Part shown: positions 47,265-56,971 of the stretch, piece by piece
Position numbering within the stretch: the stretch's first letter is position 1
Layout: every line of letters begins with the position of its first letter
NCBI GenBank assembly: GCA_964415895.1
Contig: CAYQCC010000001.1
Coordinates: 119,073 to 183,072, forward strand
From: an uncultured Candidatus Saccharibacteria bacterium
GTDB taxonomy: Bacteria > Patescibacteriota > Minisyncoccia > Phycocordibacterales > UBA1006
Reading direction: 5' to 3'
Length of the DNA: 64,000 nucleotides
Made by a program: the position numbers and the translations under genes
The notes under the pieces: model-generated
Seen by the model: the letters and a program-made list of their open reading frames with translations, nothing else
Database searches by the model: none
What the model was told of the DNA's origin: nothing

Positions 47265-47591
47265 TTAAAGGTCATTTTGACTTTCTTCGAAATTTTCTAT
47301 ATCAGCTTTTAATTCAGCTTCATGCTCCTTGTCTCTTACTTCAATTTCTTTCTCTAAATTTTTAATTTCCTGCTTACAAAACTTTTTAACTCTTTCGCTT
47401 TTTGTTTCTGAAAGCTCTTTTTCCATTTCTAATTTAATTGATCTTAATGCATTACCAAAAAGATTATCACCATAGGCTCCGCCTAAACATCCTGTAGTGC
47501 GCAAGGACCCGCCTATATGGCTCCAAATATCTTTATTATCTGTAGCTGCAATGATTTTAAAACAAATATCTTTATCTGGAGGTTCTACCAA
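47265..47591 (-). CDS. Doubtful ORF (TTG start), glycine-rich N-half and charged helical C-half
   Basis: No ATG start, no SD; region 47041-47600 may be gene remnant. Confidence 0.2.
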   Translation of the reverse strand: MVEPPDKDICFKIIAATDNKDIWSHIGGSLRTTGCLGGAYGDNLFGNALRSIKLEMEKELSETKSERVKKFCKQEIKNLEKEIEVRDKEHEAELKADIENFEESQNDL

Positions 47592-47804
47592 AGGGGGATA
47601 TGGAAGGTGCTTTGGCTTATGCGGAGCATTTTATTAAAGACATAGCTCGTCAGTGGTTTGACTGCCCTATCGAGCTTCAAACACGGTTCCAAAAGGTTGT
47701 CTTTCCTTACGGAATTCCGTATGACCAAAAAAACGGCTTTCGAACCGTTAAGATGGGTTGTATATTCGAGTTAAATCGACAATTTCAACTAAATAAATCA
47801 CTAT

Positions 47805-47880
47805 TGGTGGACCCTAGCGGATTCGAACCGCTGACCTCCTCAGTGCAAGTGAGGCGCTCTACCAACTAAGCTAAGGGCCC
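47805..47880 (-). tRNA. tRNA-Ala (anticodon UGC), CCA encoded, G3:U70 present
   Basis: Hand-folded cloverleaf GGGCCCT...; anticodon loop CTTGCAC; closely matches canonical tRNA-Ala. Confidence 0.85.
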
Positions 47881-48163
47881 AGAGCGAACCTTATCAAAAC
47901 CAAGAGCAACTCTTGGTGTATGACACAGCAAGCTGTCATCATCCTTTGGTTCGCTTGATGAGATGTCTGGTCACTGTTATCCAGGCCACGCATTTCATCT
48001 AATCAAAGGACAATCCAGAACAATTATAATGAAAAAGGGACTTTTTGCAACTAATCTAGCCTTGACATTCTTATAGAGTTTGATATTGTTATAGTGGATT
48101 ATAAATGACGGAGTTACTAACGAATACGTATTCTATTATACGCTCGGTAGTAACTCTATTTTT

Positions 48164-49405
48164 TTATTTCAAAAAATGCTTCCCTCGCAGATCCTTATGG
48201 TAATTAATGGCAAATCGGTGTGACTCACTATTGGCAAGCAAGATATCCTTTTTATGCTTTTTAATCACCTCTTCGTCGCCAATAATCGCTTTCGGTCGAT
48301 GGCGTTCGTCTTTTACCACGGCAACTAGTTTTACCTGCTTTCGCACACCAATTTCTTTCAGAACTTTATCTGCATAATTGTAATGCATCTGTCCGCCATC
48401 GATCGCCACCACGTTTGGAAACGGCCATTCTGGGTGTGAAAATCTGCGTCGCAAGACTTCTCCTGTACTTTCAAGATCATGTACTGCACCTTCTGCGATC
48501 GTACGAATTTTAAACTTTCGATACGATGATTTATCTGCTGCACCATTTTCAATACTTACCATGACGCCAACTTTATTTTTTCCAGACATGTGCGCAACGT
48601 CGTAACTTTCAATACGGAAACTTTCGATGGAACGATCGTCGTAAAAATCTCGTTTCATAAGTGATACATCGTTAATATGTTCTAGTGCAAAGATTCTACG
48701 TTTTAATATTTCTGCTTCCTCGAATTCCAAGACCTTTGCATGCTGATTCATGCGCTTTTTCATATCATTAATAATTCCCTTTTTATTTCCTTTCAAAAAC
48801 TGAGTAATATACGTAATCGTTTCCGCGTACGCTGCCCGAGCTTCCTCTGTTGTGTGTTCAGGTGATAATTGTAACTGTCTATAGAATCGATCGTGAGTTG
48901 GATTAATGCTTTTCAAATCTCGGAATGGAAAAATCCTTCGCAAGATATGCAGTCCTGTAATCAATTGAGTAAAACTTGGAAATGGACCAAACGTATTTTT
49001 AATCTTTACGGGAATCTGGTTCATCTGCTTTTGGATAGAAAGATTACGTCCACGAATAGTTCCAACACGCGGAAATTCTTCGTCTGTGATAATCACGTAT
49101 GCAAAACTTTTATTATCTTTCTCTTTTACATTATATTTTGGCTGAAACTTTTTGATCAAGTTAGCTTCCAAAATCAATGCTTCCAAAACCGTGTCAGTTT
49201 CTTCGTAGGTAACCGTTGTAGCAATTGTAACCATGTCTAAAATGCTTGGTCCACGAGTTTGGATCAAGTCATTCGAGAAATAACTACGTACACGATCACG
49301 CAGACTGGTTGCTTTTCCAATATATAAAATATCAGTTCCTTTACGGAAAAAATACACACCAGGATTCGCTGGCAAGTTCAATTTTTTAAGAGTTTGACTT
49401 TTCAC
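48164..49405 (-). CDS. uvrC: Excinuclease ABC subunit C, short form (GIY-YIG + UvrBC-interaction + RNase H-like endonuclease, no C-terminal HhH)
   Basis: GIY-YIG PGVYFFRKGTDILYIGKATSLRDRVRSYF; C-terminal endonuclease block YDVAHMSGK...VVAIDGG. Confidence 0.75.
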   Translation of the reverse strand: MKSQTLKKLNLPANPGVYFFRKGTDILYIGKATSLRDRVRSYFSNDLIQTRGPSILDMVTIATTVTYEETDTVLEALILEANLIKKFQPKYNVKEKDNKSFAYVIITDEEFPRVGTIRGRNLSIQKQMNQIPVKIKNTFGPFPSFTQLITGLHILRRIFPFRDLKSINPTHDRFYRQLQLSPEHTTEEARAAYAETITYITQFLKGNKKGIINDMKKRMNQHAKVLEFEEAEILKRRIFALEHINDVSLMKRDFYDDRSIESFRIESYDVAHMSGKNKVGVMVSIENGAADKSSYRKFKIRTIAEGAVHDLESTGEVLRRRFSHPEWPFPNVVAIDGGQMHYNYADKVLKEIGVRKQVKLVAVVKDERHRPKAIIGDEEVIKKHKKDILLANSESHRFAINYHKDLRGKHFLK

Positions 49406-49466
49406 TAAATATATGCTATCATAAAATCGAATAAAATCAAGTTTTAACCTTTATAAACAACAAAAT

Positions 49467-49967
49467 ATGAGAAACAAGAAAAGAACTTACGAACTACTCT
49501 GCTGTATATTTATATACAAACTAATGAAAGATGGGATAACAATCTATGATATTTCCATAATCGAAGACAAGGTGTTCAAAGCACTTGATAAGTCAATTGA
49601 CTTGAAAGGATTTAAAGACGACCTATTGTCCGCCGTTACGCAAGCCATTGCGGTTGCGGCTGATTTTTCTGATTCAAGCCATCAGGATAAAATTGATGCG
49701 ATTAACCTTCTGGTTTGTGAAAATAATAAGGAATTGAGTCTTTCACAAAAAGAATTAAGTGCTTTGGCTTTCTTTTCTATCTGTATGTTTGCAAAAATAA
49801 TACCAGTATCTGAATATTCTAAAATATCATCAGATATAACAGTATTTCAAAATACAGATGTCTTCATCCTTCACGAAGAAATTGTTTCATTAATTAAAAA
49901 GCATGGACACGTAACATTGTTAGAAAAAAACGACGATGATATTAACTTTTCATTTTCGGTAAACTAA
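49467..49967 (+). CDS. Hypothetical protein (166 aa)
   Basis: ORF only; terminator 49975-50010. Confidence 0.4.
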   Translation: MRNKKRTYELLCCIFIYKLMKDGITIYDISIIEDKVFKALDKSIDLKGFKDDLLSAVTQAIAVAADFSDSSHQDKIDAINLLVCENNKELSLSQKELSALAFFSICMFAKIIPVSEYSKISSDITVFQNTDVFILHEEIVSLIKKHGHVTLLEKNDDDINFSFSVN

Positions 49968-50042
49968 ATTAAAAACAAATCCCAACGCACATTGCTTTGG
50001 GATTTGAAACGTTTAGAATAGTTTTATTTATCCCTTGGATGG

Positions 50043-51275
50043 TTAAAATAATTTAATCACATCTTTCACACTAATAAATAGCATGAGGGCAATCAAGAGG
50101 AAGAACCCAATTGTATTTATCCATCCAACAATATTCGCATTTATTTTCCGTCGAGTAATTGCCTCGATAATCACAATGACCACTCGTCCACCATCAAGTG
50201 CTGGAAACGGAATCACGTTCAGCACTGCAAGGTTAATGGAAATCATCGCTGCAAGCATAATGACATACACTGCGCCGACTTTCTGTGCGTCACCTACCAC
50301 TGACACCAATCCTACTGGACCTGTCAGATTTTTTGTATCTGCTTTTCCAAGAACTGCGTCGTGAATCAATGTCCAAAATGCTTGAGCTGTTTGTTTGGTA
50401 ATACTAACGGTGTTAATAAATCCACTTTTAATAGATTTAAAGAACCCTTCGCGATACATACCAACTTGATCAACTGAAACACCAATAGCTGGATAATCAC
50501 CTATTAAACCTTTTTGCGGAATAATTAAAAGATCCGCTGTAGATTTATCAGTTTTTTGAATTATCAGGTGAACAGGAATATTAGGCGATGTTTCTCGAAC
50601 CGCTTGAATGAAATTTTCTTGCGATAAATCTGATCCTGCAATTACTGTGTCCAATGATTCCAATTTTAAAATCTTATCACCTGCAGCAAGTCCAGACTTT
50701 TCAGCTGGAGAACCCGGCATGACCTGTAGAACAGTTAACTGAGGATTTTGGACTTGTTCTGGATGATCAACACCAGATACGGCCGTTGGCGCACCAATCA
50801 TAAATGCAAATGAAAATAGCGCCCATGCAAGCAAGATATTCATCGTAACACCTGCGATCAATACTAATATTTGTTTCCACCAAGATTTCGCACCCATACT
50901 GCGCTTGTAATCTGGATCTTTCTTTCCATCTTCAAGCGAATCTTCGCCGTAAATCTTTACGAATCCACCAAATGGAATCCAGTTCAGTGTGTAATCGGTT
51001 CCATTTCTTGAAAACAGTTTTTTAGCACGTGGTGGAAAACCCATTCCGAATTCATCAACACGAATTCCAAATAGTTTTGCAACTGCAAAGTGACCTAACT
51101 CGTGAACAAAGACGAGAATTCCAAGTACGAAAATGAAGATAACAACTGACAATGTTCCGTGTGGATGTGTAATTGCAAAATAGCCGATGATCGCAAGTGC
51201 GATAACGGCTTTTAAAATTGCAGAATAATTGTTTTTCAAAGTTTGGATGATGTTCATAGGTTTTTGTATTGTCAT
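50043..51275 (-). CDS. rseP: Site-2 protease RseP (M50 with PDZ)
   Basis: HELGHF zinc motif, PDZ segment, C-terminal NxxPxxxLDGG. Confidence 0.85.
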   Translation of the reverse strand: MTIQKPMNIIQTLKNNYSAILKAVIALAIIGYFAITHPHGTLSVVIFIFVLGILVFVHELGHFAVAKLFGIRVDEFGMGFPPRAKKLFSRNGTDYTLNWIPFGGFVKIYGEDSLEDGKKDPDYKRSMGAKSWWKQILVLIAGVTMNILLAWALFSFAFMIGAPTAVSGVDHPEQVQNPQLTVLQVMPGSPAEKSGLAAGDKILKLESLDTVIAGSDLSQENFIQAVRETSPNIPVHLIIQKTDKSTADLLIIPQKGLIGDYPAIGVSVDQVGMYREGFFKSIKSGFINTVSITKQTAQAFWTLIHDAVLGKADTKNLTGPVGLVSVVGDAQKVGAVYVIMLAAMISINLAVLNVIPFPALDGGRVVIVIIEAITRRKINANIVGWINTIGFFLLIALMLFISVKDVIKLF

Positions 51276-51421
51276 GCCGGACCTGATCCGGCATCCAGGG
51301 TGTAAAGATGTAAACCAAAATAAAATAGTATTTCGTCTTGTGTCAAAATAAAGAATTTAAAATTTGTTTCAAATTTGGAGGTAATACTCTGGATCCCGGA
51401 TCAAGTCCGGGATGACAGCTG
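51270..51421. repeat. MITE-like element: 31-bp imperfect terminal inverted repeats (51270-51300, 51389-51419), each an internal hairpin with compensatory substitutions, flanking about 90 bp
   Basis: Revcomp of right arm tgtcatcccggacttgatccgggatccagag vs left tgtcatgccggacctgatccggcatccaggg (27/31 identical; 2 of the 4 differences are compensatory in the hairpin stem). Confidence 0.45.
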
Positions 51422-51423
51422 AA

Positions 51424-51978
51424 TTATACTGTCATGATATCTTCTTCCTTTTTTTGGAAAAGACTTTCTAATCGTCCATTAATATCATCTACCATTTTCT
51501 GCATGTCATCCTTTGCGCGGAATTTATCATCCTCGCTGAAATTACCCTCCTTTTCTGTCGCATCAATTTCTTTATCTACACGCTGTCGTTCCATTCGAAC
51601 TGATACGCGAGCTTCTTCTAGTTTTTCTTTTACAAGCTTAACAACACTTTTTTTACTTTCTTCTGTTAGTTGTGGAATACTTGCACGAAGTCCATTTCCA
51701 TCTGCAACCACTGATAATGGTAATCCTGATTCGCGAATCGCTCTTTCAATATCTTTTACAATTCCCTTGTCCCAAGGAGAAATACGAAGTACGCGTGCTT
51801 CTTCTACTGTGATTGATGCAATGTTTTTAATAGGTGAAAATGATCCGTAGGATTCAACCATTACTGAATCAACAAGAGCCGGGTTTGCTCGACCAGTTGA
51901 TATTTGTGTGTATTGAGATTTCAACCATTCCTCAATTTTAGAGAATTCTTCCTTTGTTTGTGTAAAATTATATGCCAT
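51424..51978 (-). CDS. frr: Ribosome recycling factor
   Basis: Full-length RRF similarity, 184 aa. Confidence 0.9.
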   Translation of the reverse strand: MAYNFTQTKEEFSKIEEWLKSQYTQISTGRANPALVDSVMVESYGSFSPIKNIASITVEEARVLRISPWDKGIVKDIERAIRESGLPLSVVADGNGLRASIPQLTEESKKSVVKLVKEKLEEARVSVRMERQRVDKEIDATEKEGNFSEDDKFRAKDDMQKMVDDINGRLESLFQKKEEDIMTV

Positions 51979-51984
51979 ATAACG

Positions 51985-52440
51985 CTATTTTATCATGTTC
52001 TCGTTCAAATACAAAATCGCAGCTTCTTTATCTTTCACTTCAACAATACGCAATTTGAATCCATTGAACTCCATGATCGTCTTTTGCATCTTTGCCGGAA
52101 CATCGTCCCAAGAATCCAGCTTCACCGTGTCATCATGTGCAAGAACTTTGTAATCACCATCTTCGCGAACCATAATTGCAAAAGGAGTCACTTCGACAGA
52201 GTCCTGTGTTTTCAATTCGTTTTTAGAAAAGACCATCACATCAATTTCATCTGGTACTCCATCATTTCCAAGAGTTCCTTCAATAAATCCGTACGCGACA
52301 GGCATTCGTCCACCATTGGCAGTAATTTTCTCAGATATCGGTCCGAAGTCGACAAATTGACCCTTGATATGGTCTTCGTATCCTTTGTGAATCCTGCGAT
52401 CATGATTCTTTGGTATTTCGATAGTTGCTATGTATTTCAT
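51985..52440 (-). CDS. ppa: Inorganic pyrophosphatase (family I)
   Basis: YGFIEGTLGNDGVPDEIDVMVF and DxK motifs. Confidence 0.8.
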   Translation of the reverse strand: MKYIATIEIPKNHDRRIHKGYEDHIKGQFVDFGPISEKITANGGRMPVAYGFIEGTLGNDGVPDEIDVMVFSKNELKTQDSVEVTPFAIMVREDGDYKVLAHDDTVKLDSWDDVPAKMQKTIMEFNGFKLRIVEVKDKEAAILYLNENMIK

Positions 52441-52508
52441 ATCTTAAAGTTAGCATATTATTGTACAAACGAAAAAGGCCGAAGCCTTTTATTTTTCAAA
52501 CACTTAAA

Positions 52509-53027
52509 TTAGCTAACTAATACATACTCATGTAGCTTACTTCTGGAAATCTTGTAGTCAACAACTTCTAAATCATTGTTTTCATGAATAAGAGGCGTGT
52601 GGACTCCTAAAAACCAAATTGGATTTGCAACTTTAAAGCCGTGGACTAATAACGGCGGAACTCTTACGATCAAGTCTGGCTTGATCTTATACTTCTCTAA
52701 AACAGAAGTATTGTTTTCATTCCAAGGTCCAAGCAAAAGCGTGCCTTTTGGATTTTTAAAACCTAAAGATTTTCCAAGGAACAGAAAACCTGCCTCAGCA
52801 AACCTATGTAAATGCGGTGTTCCAAACTCTCTTACTTCAACGATTTCAATACGAACCTCATCTTCGTTGACGTTAAAAAGTTTTTTTGCCCAATGAGGCT
52901 GAAGTCGATACACTGTAAAACCTTCGGTTTTAGTATCAAGTAAAAAGCATGATTTAATGTTATTAATTTTTTCTCGTGTTTTGGTTAAGATTTCTAAAAT
53001 CTGTTCCCATGAAATAGCTCTTTCCAT
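52509..53027 (-). CDS. Cupin-domain protein
   Basis: Cupin motif 1 G(x)5HxH(x)4E(x)6G = GTPHLHRFAEAGFLFLG. Confidence 0.45.
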   Translation of the reverse strand: MERAISWEQILEILTKTREKINNIKSCFLLDTKTEGFTVYRLQPHWAKKLFNVNEDEVRIEIVEVREFGTPHLHRFAEAGFLFLGKSLGFKNPKGTLLLGPWNENNTSVLEKYKIKPDLIVRVPPLLVHGFKVANPIWFLGVHTPLIHENNDLEVVDYKISRSKLHEYVLVS

Positions 53028-53088
53028 TTTTATTCATTGTTTGTTTTCAACGAGCAATATAACATCATATTATAACATAGTCAATTTA

Positions 53089-53763
53089 CTATTTTTTTCC
53101 AAACTCAGGCAATACCATCGCCACATATTCAATAACATTTTTCATCGGAAAACTGGTCTGTGACGCCCAACCACGCGCATCGCGAATCGCTTCAAAGTAT
53201 TCTGAAAACTGCGCGTTTGGCTTTTTATGGAAAACGGCATACAGCGCAGATTCCAGCTGATCCAAAAACTGATGAACTTCATATGCCTGAAGTGACTCAT
53301 CCTTATCTCTTCCCTTTACAAGTGACTCAATCGCATCCAACCGTTTTGACGAACTATCAAACAAAAATGTCTTTATCGGAAATAATTGCGCATTACTTGC
53401 GGAATCGTCAGATCGCAATGTGACAACTCGTGAGAAAATCGTTTCCAAAATAAATGTCTGTGGTGGAACAATTAAAAAGATGTGCGTATTTGGTGCTGGC
53501 TCTTCCAACATTTTCAAAAATGCTTGCTGCGCCTCTGTTGTGAATCGCTCGGCAGTGATAACAAAGAATTTACCACCTGTTCGTTCTGATAACGCTTCGC
53601 GTAGTTCGCGCACCTCGTCAATTCCTAATTTCTCGTATCCATAATCGATCCAGCTCATTCCTGAAACTGACTCGTCAAAAAAACTGCGCAGTTTCTGCTG
53701 CCATTCTGAGATCGTTCCCAAGCATACATATGCATGATGAAGATGTTCTGGATTTAAATTCAT
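53089..53763 (-). CDS. holB: DNA polymerase III delta-prime subunit-like clamp-loader protein
   Basis: HAYVCLG, AQQAFLKMLEEPAPNTHIFLIV, TIFSRVVTL blocks. Confidence 0.65.
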   Translation of the reverse strand: MNLNPEHLHHAYVCLGTISEWQQKLRSFFDESVSGMSWIDYGYEKLGIDEVRELREALSERTGGKFFVITAERFTTEAQQAFLKMLEEPAPNTHIFLIVPPQTFILETIFSRVVTLRSDDSASNAQLFPIKTFLFDSSSKRLDAIESLVKGRDKDESLQAYEVHQFLDQLESALYAVFHKKPNAQFSEYFEAIRDARGWASQTSFPMKNVIEYVAMVLPEFGKK

Positions 53764-53794
53764 GTTTGGATTATACCCTATTTCACAGATTTAT

Positions 53795-53825
53795 AAAAAG
53801 TACAAAAAAAGAGCCGAGGCTCGAT
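53795..53825 (-). terminator. Hairpin GAGCCGAGGCTC flanked by A7/T5 (bidirectional)
   Basis: Seen directly downstream of mreB. Confidence 0.5.
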
Positions 53826-53827
53826 TT

Positions 53828-54844
53828 TTAAAACGGTTTTGAAATCAATGCTCGATTATATTCATCAAGGTGATTCAATGCGATTCCAATTCCTCGTACC
53901 ACTGCAAACAATGGTTCTTCTGCTAGTACTGATTTTACACCAGTTCGTCGATATACCAGTTCTGGCAAGTTTCGAAGTTGTGATGAACCACCTGTCATTA
54001 CAATTCCTGTATCGATGATATCTGAGGCAAGTTCTGGAAGCGTATCTTGCAATACAACTTTGATCGCATCAATAATCTGTCGCAACTCGTCATCAATCGC
54101 ATCTACGATTTCATTTGTGTTCAAGTTTACGGAACGTGGAAGTCCGGAAATGTAATCTCGTCCTTTCACCAAAATTTCAAGCGGATCGTCCATTGGCACA
54201 GCTGATCCAATTTTAATCTTAATTTTTTCTGCAGTTCGATCACCAATAGCAAGATTATGTTTTTTCTTTAAATACACAGTAATCGCGTGATCAATTTTAT
54301 TTCCTGCGCATTTTACAGATGTACATGCCTGGATCGAACCAAGAGAAATTACGGCAACATCAGTTGTTCCACCACCAATATCTACCACCATGTGACCCAT
54401 TGGTTCGTTAATAGGAATTCCTGCACCAATAGCAGCTACAATCGGTTCACGCACAACGTGAGCTTTTTTTGCACCAGCTTTGATAGCTGCTTCAACAACA
54501 GCACGTCGTTCAGTTGAAGTCACACCTGCCGGAACTGAAATCATCACTTCGGGTTTTATGAATGACCAAAAACCAAGTGATTTTTTTATAAAGTGCGAAA
54601 GCATTGCAGTCGTCATGCGGTAATCAGCAATAACACCATCACGCATTGGCTTGTAAGCAATTAATCCATCGATTGTCTTACCAAGCATTTCGCGTGCATC
54701 CATTCCGATTGCGAGAATTTCCTTTGTGTACTCTGAAATTGCCACTACAGATGGTTCGTTTAAAACGATTCCTTTTCCAGGAATATATACCAGCGTATTT
54801 GCTGTTCCCAGATCAATTCCAAGTTTTGGAAAAAATATACTCAT
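53828..54844 (-). CDS. mreB: Rod-shape protein MreB
   Basis: Actin-fold phosphate motifs GIDLGTANTLVY, DIGGGTTD; ORF-track extension ignored. Confidence 0.9.
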   Translation of the reverse strand: MSIFFPKLGIDLGTANTLVYIPGKGIVLNEPSVVAISEYTKEILAIGMDAREMLGKTIDGLIAYKPMRDGVIADYRMTTAMLSHFIKKSLGFWSFIKPEVMISVPAGVTSTERRAVVEAAIKAGAKKAHVVREPIVAAIGAGIPINEPMGHMVVDIGGGTTDVAVISLGSIQACTSVKCAGNKIDHAITVYLKKKHNLAIGDRTAEKIKIKIGSAVPMDDPLEILVKGRDYISGLPRSVNLNTNEIVDAIDDELRQIIDAIKVVLQDTLPELASDIIDTGIVMTGGSSQLRNLPELVYRRTGVKSVLAEEPLFAVVRGIGIALNHLDEYNRALISKPF

Positions 54845-54969
54845 AGATAACAGGAATCTAGCATAGAAAGTAGTTTTTGGCGATTGGTTGACATAAATTA
54901 AAAATGAAGCCTTTATAACAAACAAAGTCTCCAATTTCTTGGAGACTTCATTATAAAGTTGTGCGAAAC

Positions 54970-56388
54970 CTATTCAATTATTTCAATTTGACCACCCAAA
55001 CTTTTATTTACCTTGTCTATAAAATTTGGTGATCGGCGCAGAATTGGAGCGATATCATCAATGATGGTTATACCTGTTCTATATAATGCAAAAGAGATAA
55101 TTGCTCTTATACTTTCTATAACAACAGGAACTTCTTTTTCGCCAAGAACAACATCGTTTTCTAAGCCACCAATTAGTAATGGACTAATGCACGCTTTCTG
55201 TTCCCCAAAACCTGTATTGTATGTTTCAACATTTGCTCCAAGAGCACTTAACTGGTGAACGAATTTCAATCCGTCTTCATACATCCAGTTATTAACTACC
55301 ATTGCTGTGCCAGCCTTAACATTAGTACATGCCCATGCGCACGTGCTTGGAAAACCATCTACTGGATTTCCTGGCCATGGCTGTGGACTTGTTTTGTAAA
55401 CAGTTTTTTCTTCTGTTTTTTCCGCACATGGATAACCTGGATAAGGATTAAACTTACTTAAGCTTCCATCAATGTAAACTCCGTTTTCTTTTTTCTCGCA
55501 ATGGATTCCAAGGTTTTCCAAGAACCTAACCATGTGAAGTATTGCTGGTGTAAGATAGCATTCCAATAATGCACTTCCTTTTGACATAGCGATCATAATG
55601 GCATTTCCGTAGAAATCCACATAATCTGGTTCAAAAATGAAATCGCACTCGAATCCTTTCATCTTTCCAAAACAACCTTGAACCACCAAGTTTCCGCTTC
55701 CTTTAATGTTCATACCCATCTTATTAAGAACTTTCACAAGGAATTTTACATGTGGTTCCTGTGCAACGCCATCCAAATGACTATCGAAATTAGTTGCACT
55801 GCGCAACAACATCAAAAGATTTTCTGTTGCAGTGACTGAAGCCATTGTAAATTGCTCGTGCTTTTCAACTGGCTCTAATACTCCAGCTTGGAAAGTCATA
55901 TCGCTTTCCAATAATTTCTTATCAACGGAACAATACACATGACTACTGACTGCATCATAATCAACAGTAACTCCAAAAGGTGTTAAATATTGGATCTGAT
56001 CTTCTGGGCCGCGATAGCCCAATTTACAACCAATCGCAACTGGCACACTTGCGGCTCCAAATTTTGACAATAATGGACCAAGAAATAATATTGCAGATTG
56101 AATATCATTCACGCAATCCGAAACTGGCTTGTTCTGCAAATTTTTGCAGCATACATGCAAGGTATTTCCTTCCCATTTGTGAATACCACCAAGCTCGTCA
56201 ATTGCTTGGAGTATTTTTAATACATCAGGACTTTTTGGTGTATTTTTCATTACACACCAATCCTCTGTAAGCATTGTGGTACATAATACTGGTAACACAG
56301 CATTTTTGTTAACTTCTACTATCAGGGTACCTGTTAGCGGCTTCCCTCCAGTAATTTTTACTTTTGTTTTCTTTTTTTTCTCTTCCAT
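54970..56388 (-). CDS. murA: UDP-N-acetylglucosamine 1-carboxyvinyltransferase
   Basis: ASILFLGPLLSKFG...VPVAIGCKLGYR aligns with MurA active-site Cys loop; 472 aa. Confidence 0.8.
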   Translation of the reverse strand: MEEKKKKTKVKITGGKPLTGTLIVEVNKNAVLPVLCTTMLTEDWCVMKNTPKSPDVLKILQAIDELGGIHKWEGNTLHVCCKNLQNKPVSDCVNDIQSAILFLGPLLSKFGAASVPVAIGCKLGYRGPEDQIQYLTPFGVTVDYDAVSSHVYCSVDKKLLESDMTFQAGVLEPVEKHEQFTMASVTATENLLMLLRSATNFDSHLDGVAQEPHVKFLVKVLNKMGMNIKGSGNLVVQGCFGKMKGFECDFIFEPDYVDFYGNAIMIAMSKGSALLECYLTPAILHMVRFLENLGIHCEKKENGVYIDGSLSKFNPYPGYPCAEKTEEKTVYKTSPQPWPGNPVDGFPSTCAWACTNVKAGTAMVVNNWMYEDGLKFVHQLSALGANVETYNTGFGEQKACISPLLIGGLENDVVLGEKEVPVVIESIRAIISFALYRTGITIIDDIAPILRRSPNFIDKVNKSLGGQIEIIE

Positions 56389-56474
56389 GACAACTTAATT
56401 TATATTTGATTTTATTTGTTTACATTTATTTTCATCACAATAACACAAAAAATAACCATGTGCAAATGGCTATT

Positions 56475-56966
56475 TTAGAGATGCAATTCTTTGTATAAAC
56501 CTTCAATATTTCTCATTCCTTCCAAGTATTCCTGAATTCTCATCTTTGTTCTACTTGTTGTTCCGTCTGGTAATTGGTCAAAATGAAACCAACCTGAATT
56601 CCCTATTTCAATATCGTTTTGCGTTGATAATTCTTGTTCAACTCTTTTAATATAGAAATAAATCGTATCGTGCTTTCCTTCATCACTCGAAATATATGTT
56701 CCAAGTAAATAATCAACCGAATCGATTTTTATTCCTGTCTCTTCGTATAATTCACGAATGGCACCTTGCTCTGGATTCTCTTTTCTTTTAATTCCACCAC
56801 CTGGAATATTCCAATACTTTAACGCTCTTGGTTGTACTAATAATATTTTTGTATCTGTAACAAGTAATATTCTGGCACCGTGTGTAACAGGTTTGAAAAC
56901 GCGCCAATAGACACGAATGATAATATAGGCAGTTTTATAGATGAGATTTTTGATTGCGTTTTTCAT
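56475..56966 (-). CDS. NUDIX hydrolase
   Basis: NUDIX box GGGIKRKENPEQGAIRELYEETGI. Confidence 0.75.
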   Translation of the reverse strand: MKNAIKNLIYKTAYIIIRVYWRVFKPVTHGARILLVTDTKILLVQPRALKYWNIPGGGIKRKENPEQGAIRELYEETGIKIDSVDYLLGTYISSDEGKHDTIYFYIKRVEQELSTQNDIEIGNSGWFHFDQLPDGTTSRTKMRIQEYLEGMRNIEGLYKELHL

Positions 56967-56971
56967 GTTAG

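Noticed and set aside
47600-47869. 89-aa plus-strand ORF
   Set aside because: Overlaps tRNA-Ala on the opposite strand and the promoter/leader region; almost certainly spurious
47881-48163. RNase P RNA / tmRNA / 6S RNA in the tRNA-Ala - uvrC spacer
   Set aside because: None of the conserved signatures (P4 GGAAAGUCCGG, tmRNA tRNA-like 3' end and tag ORF, 6S central bubble) were recognisable; region too short for RNase P
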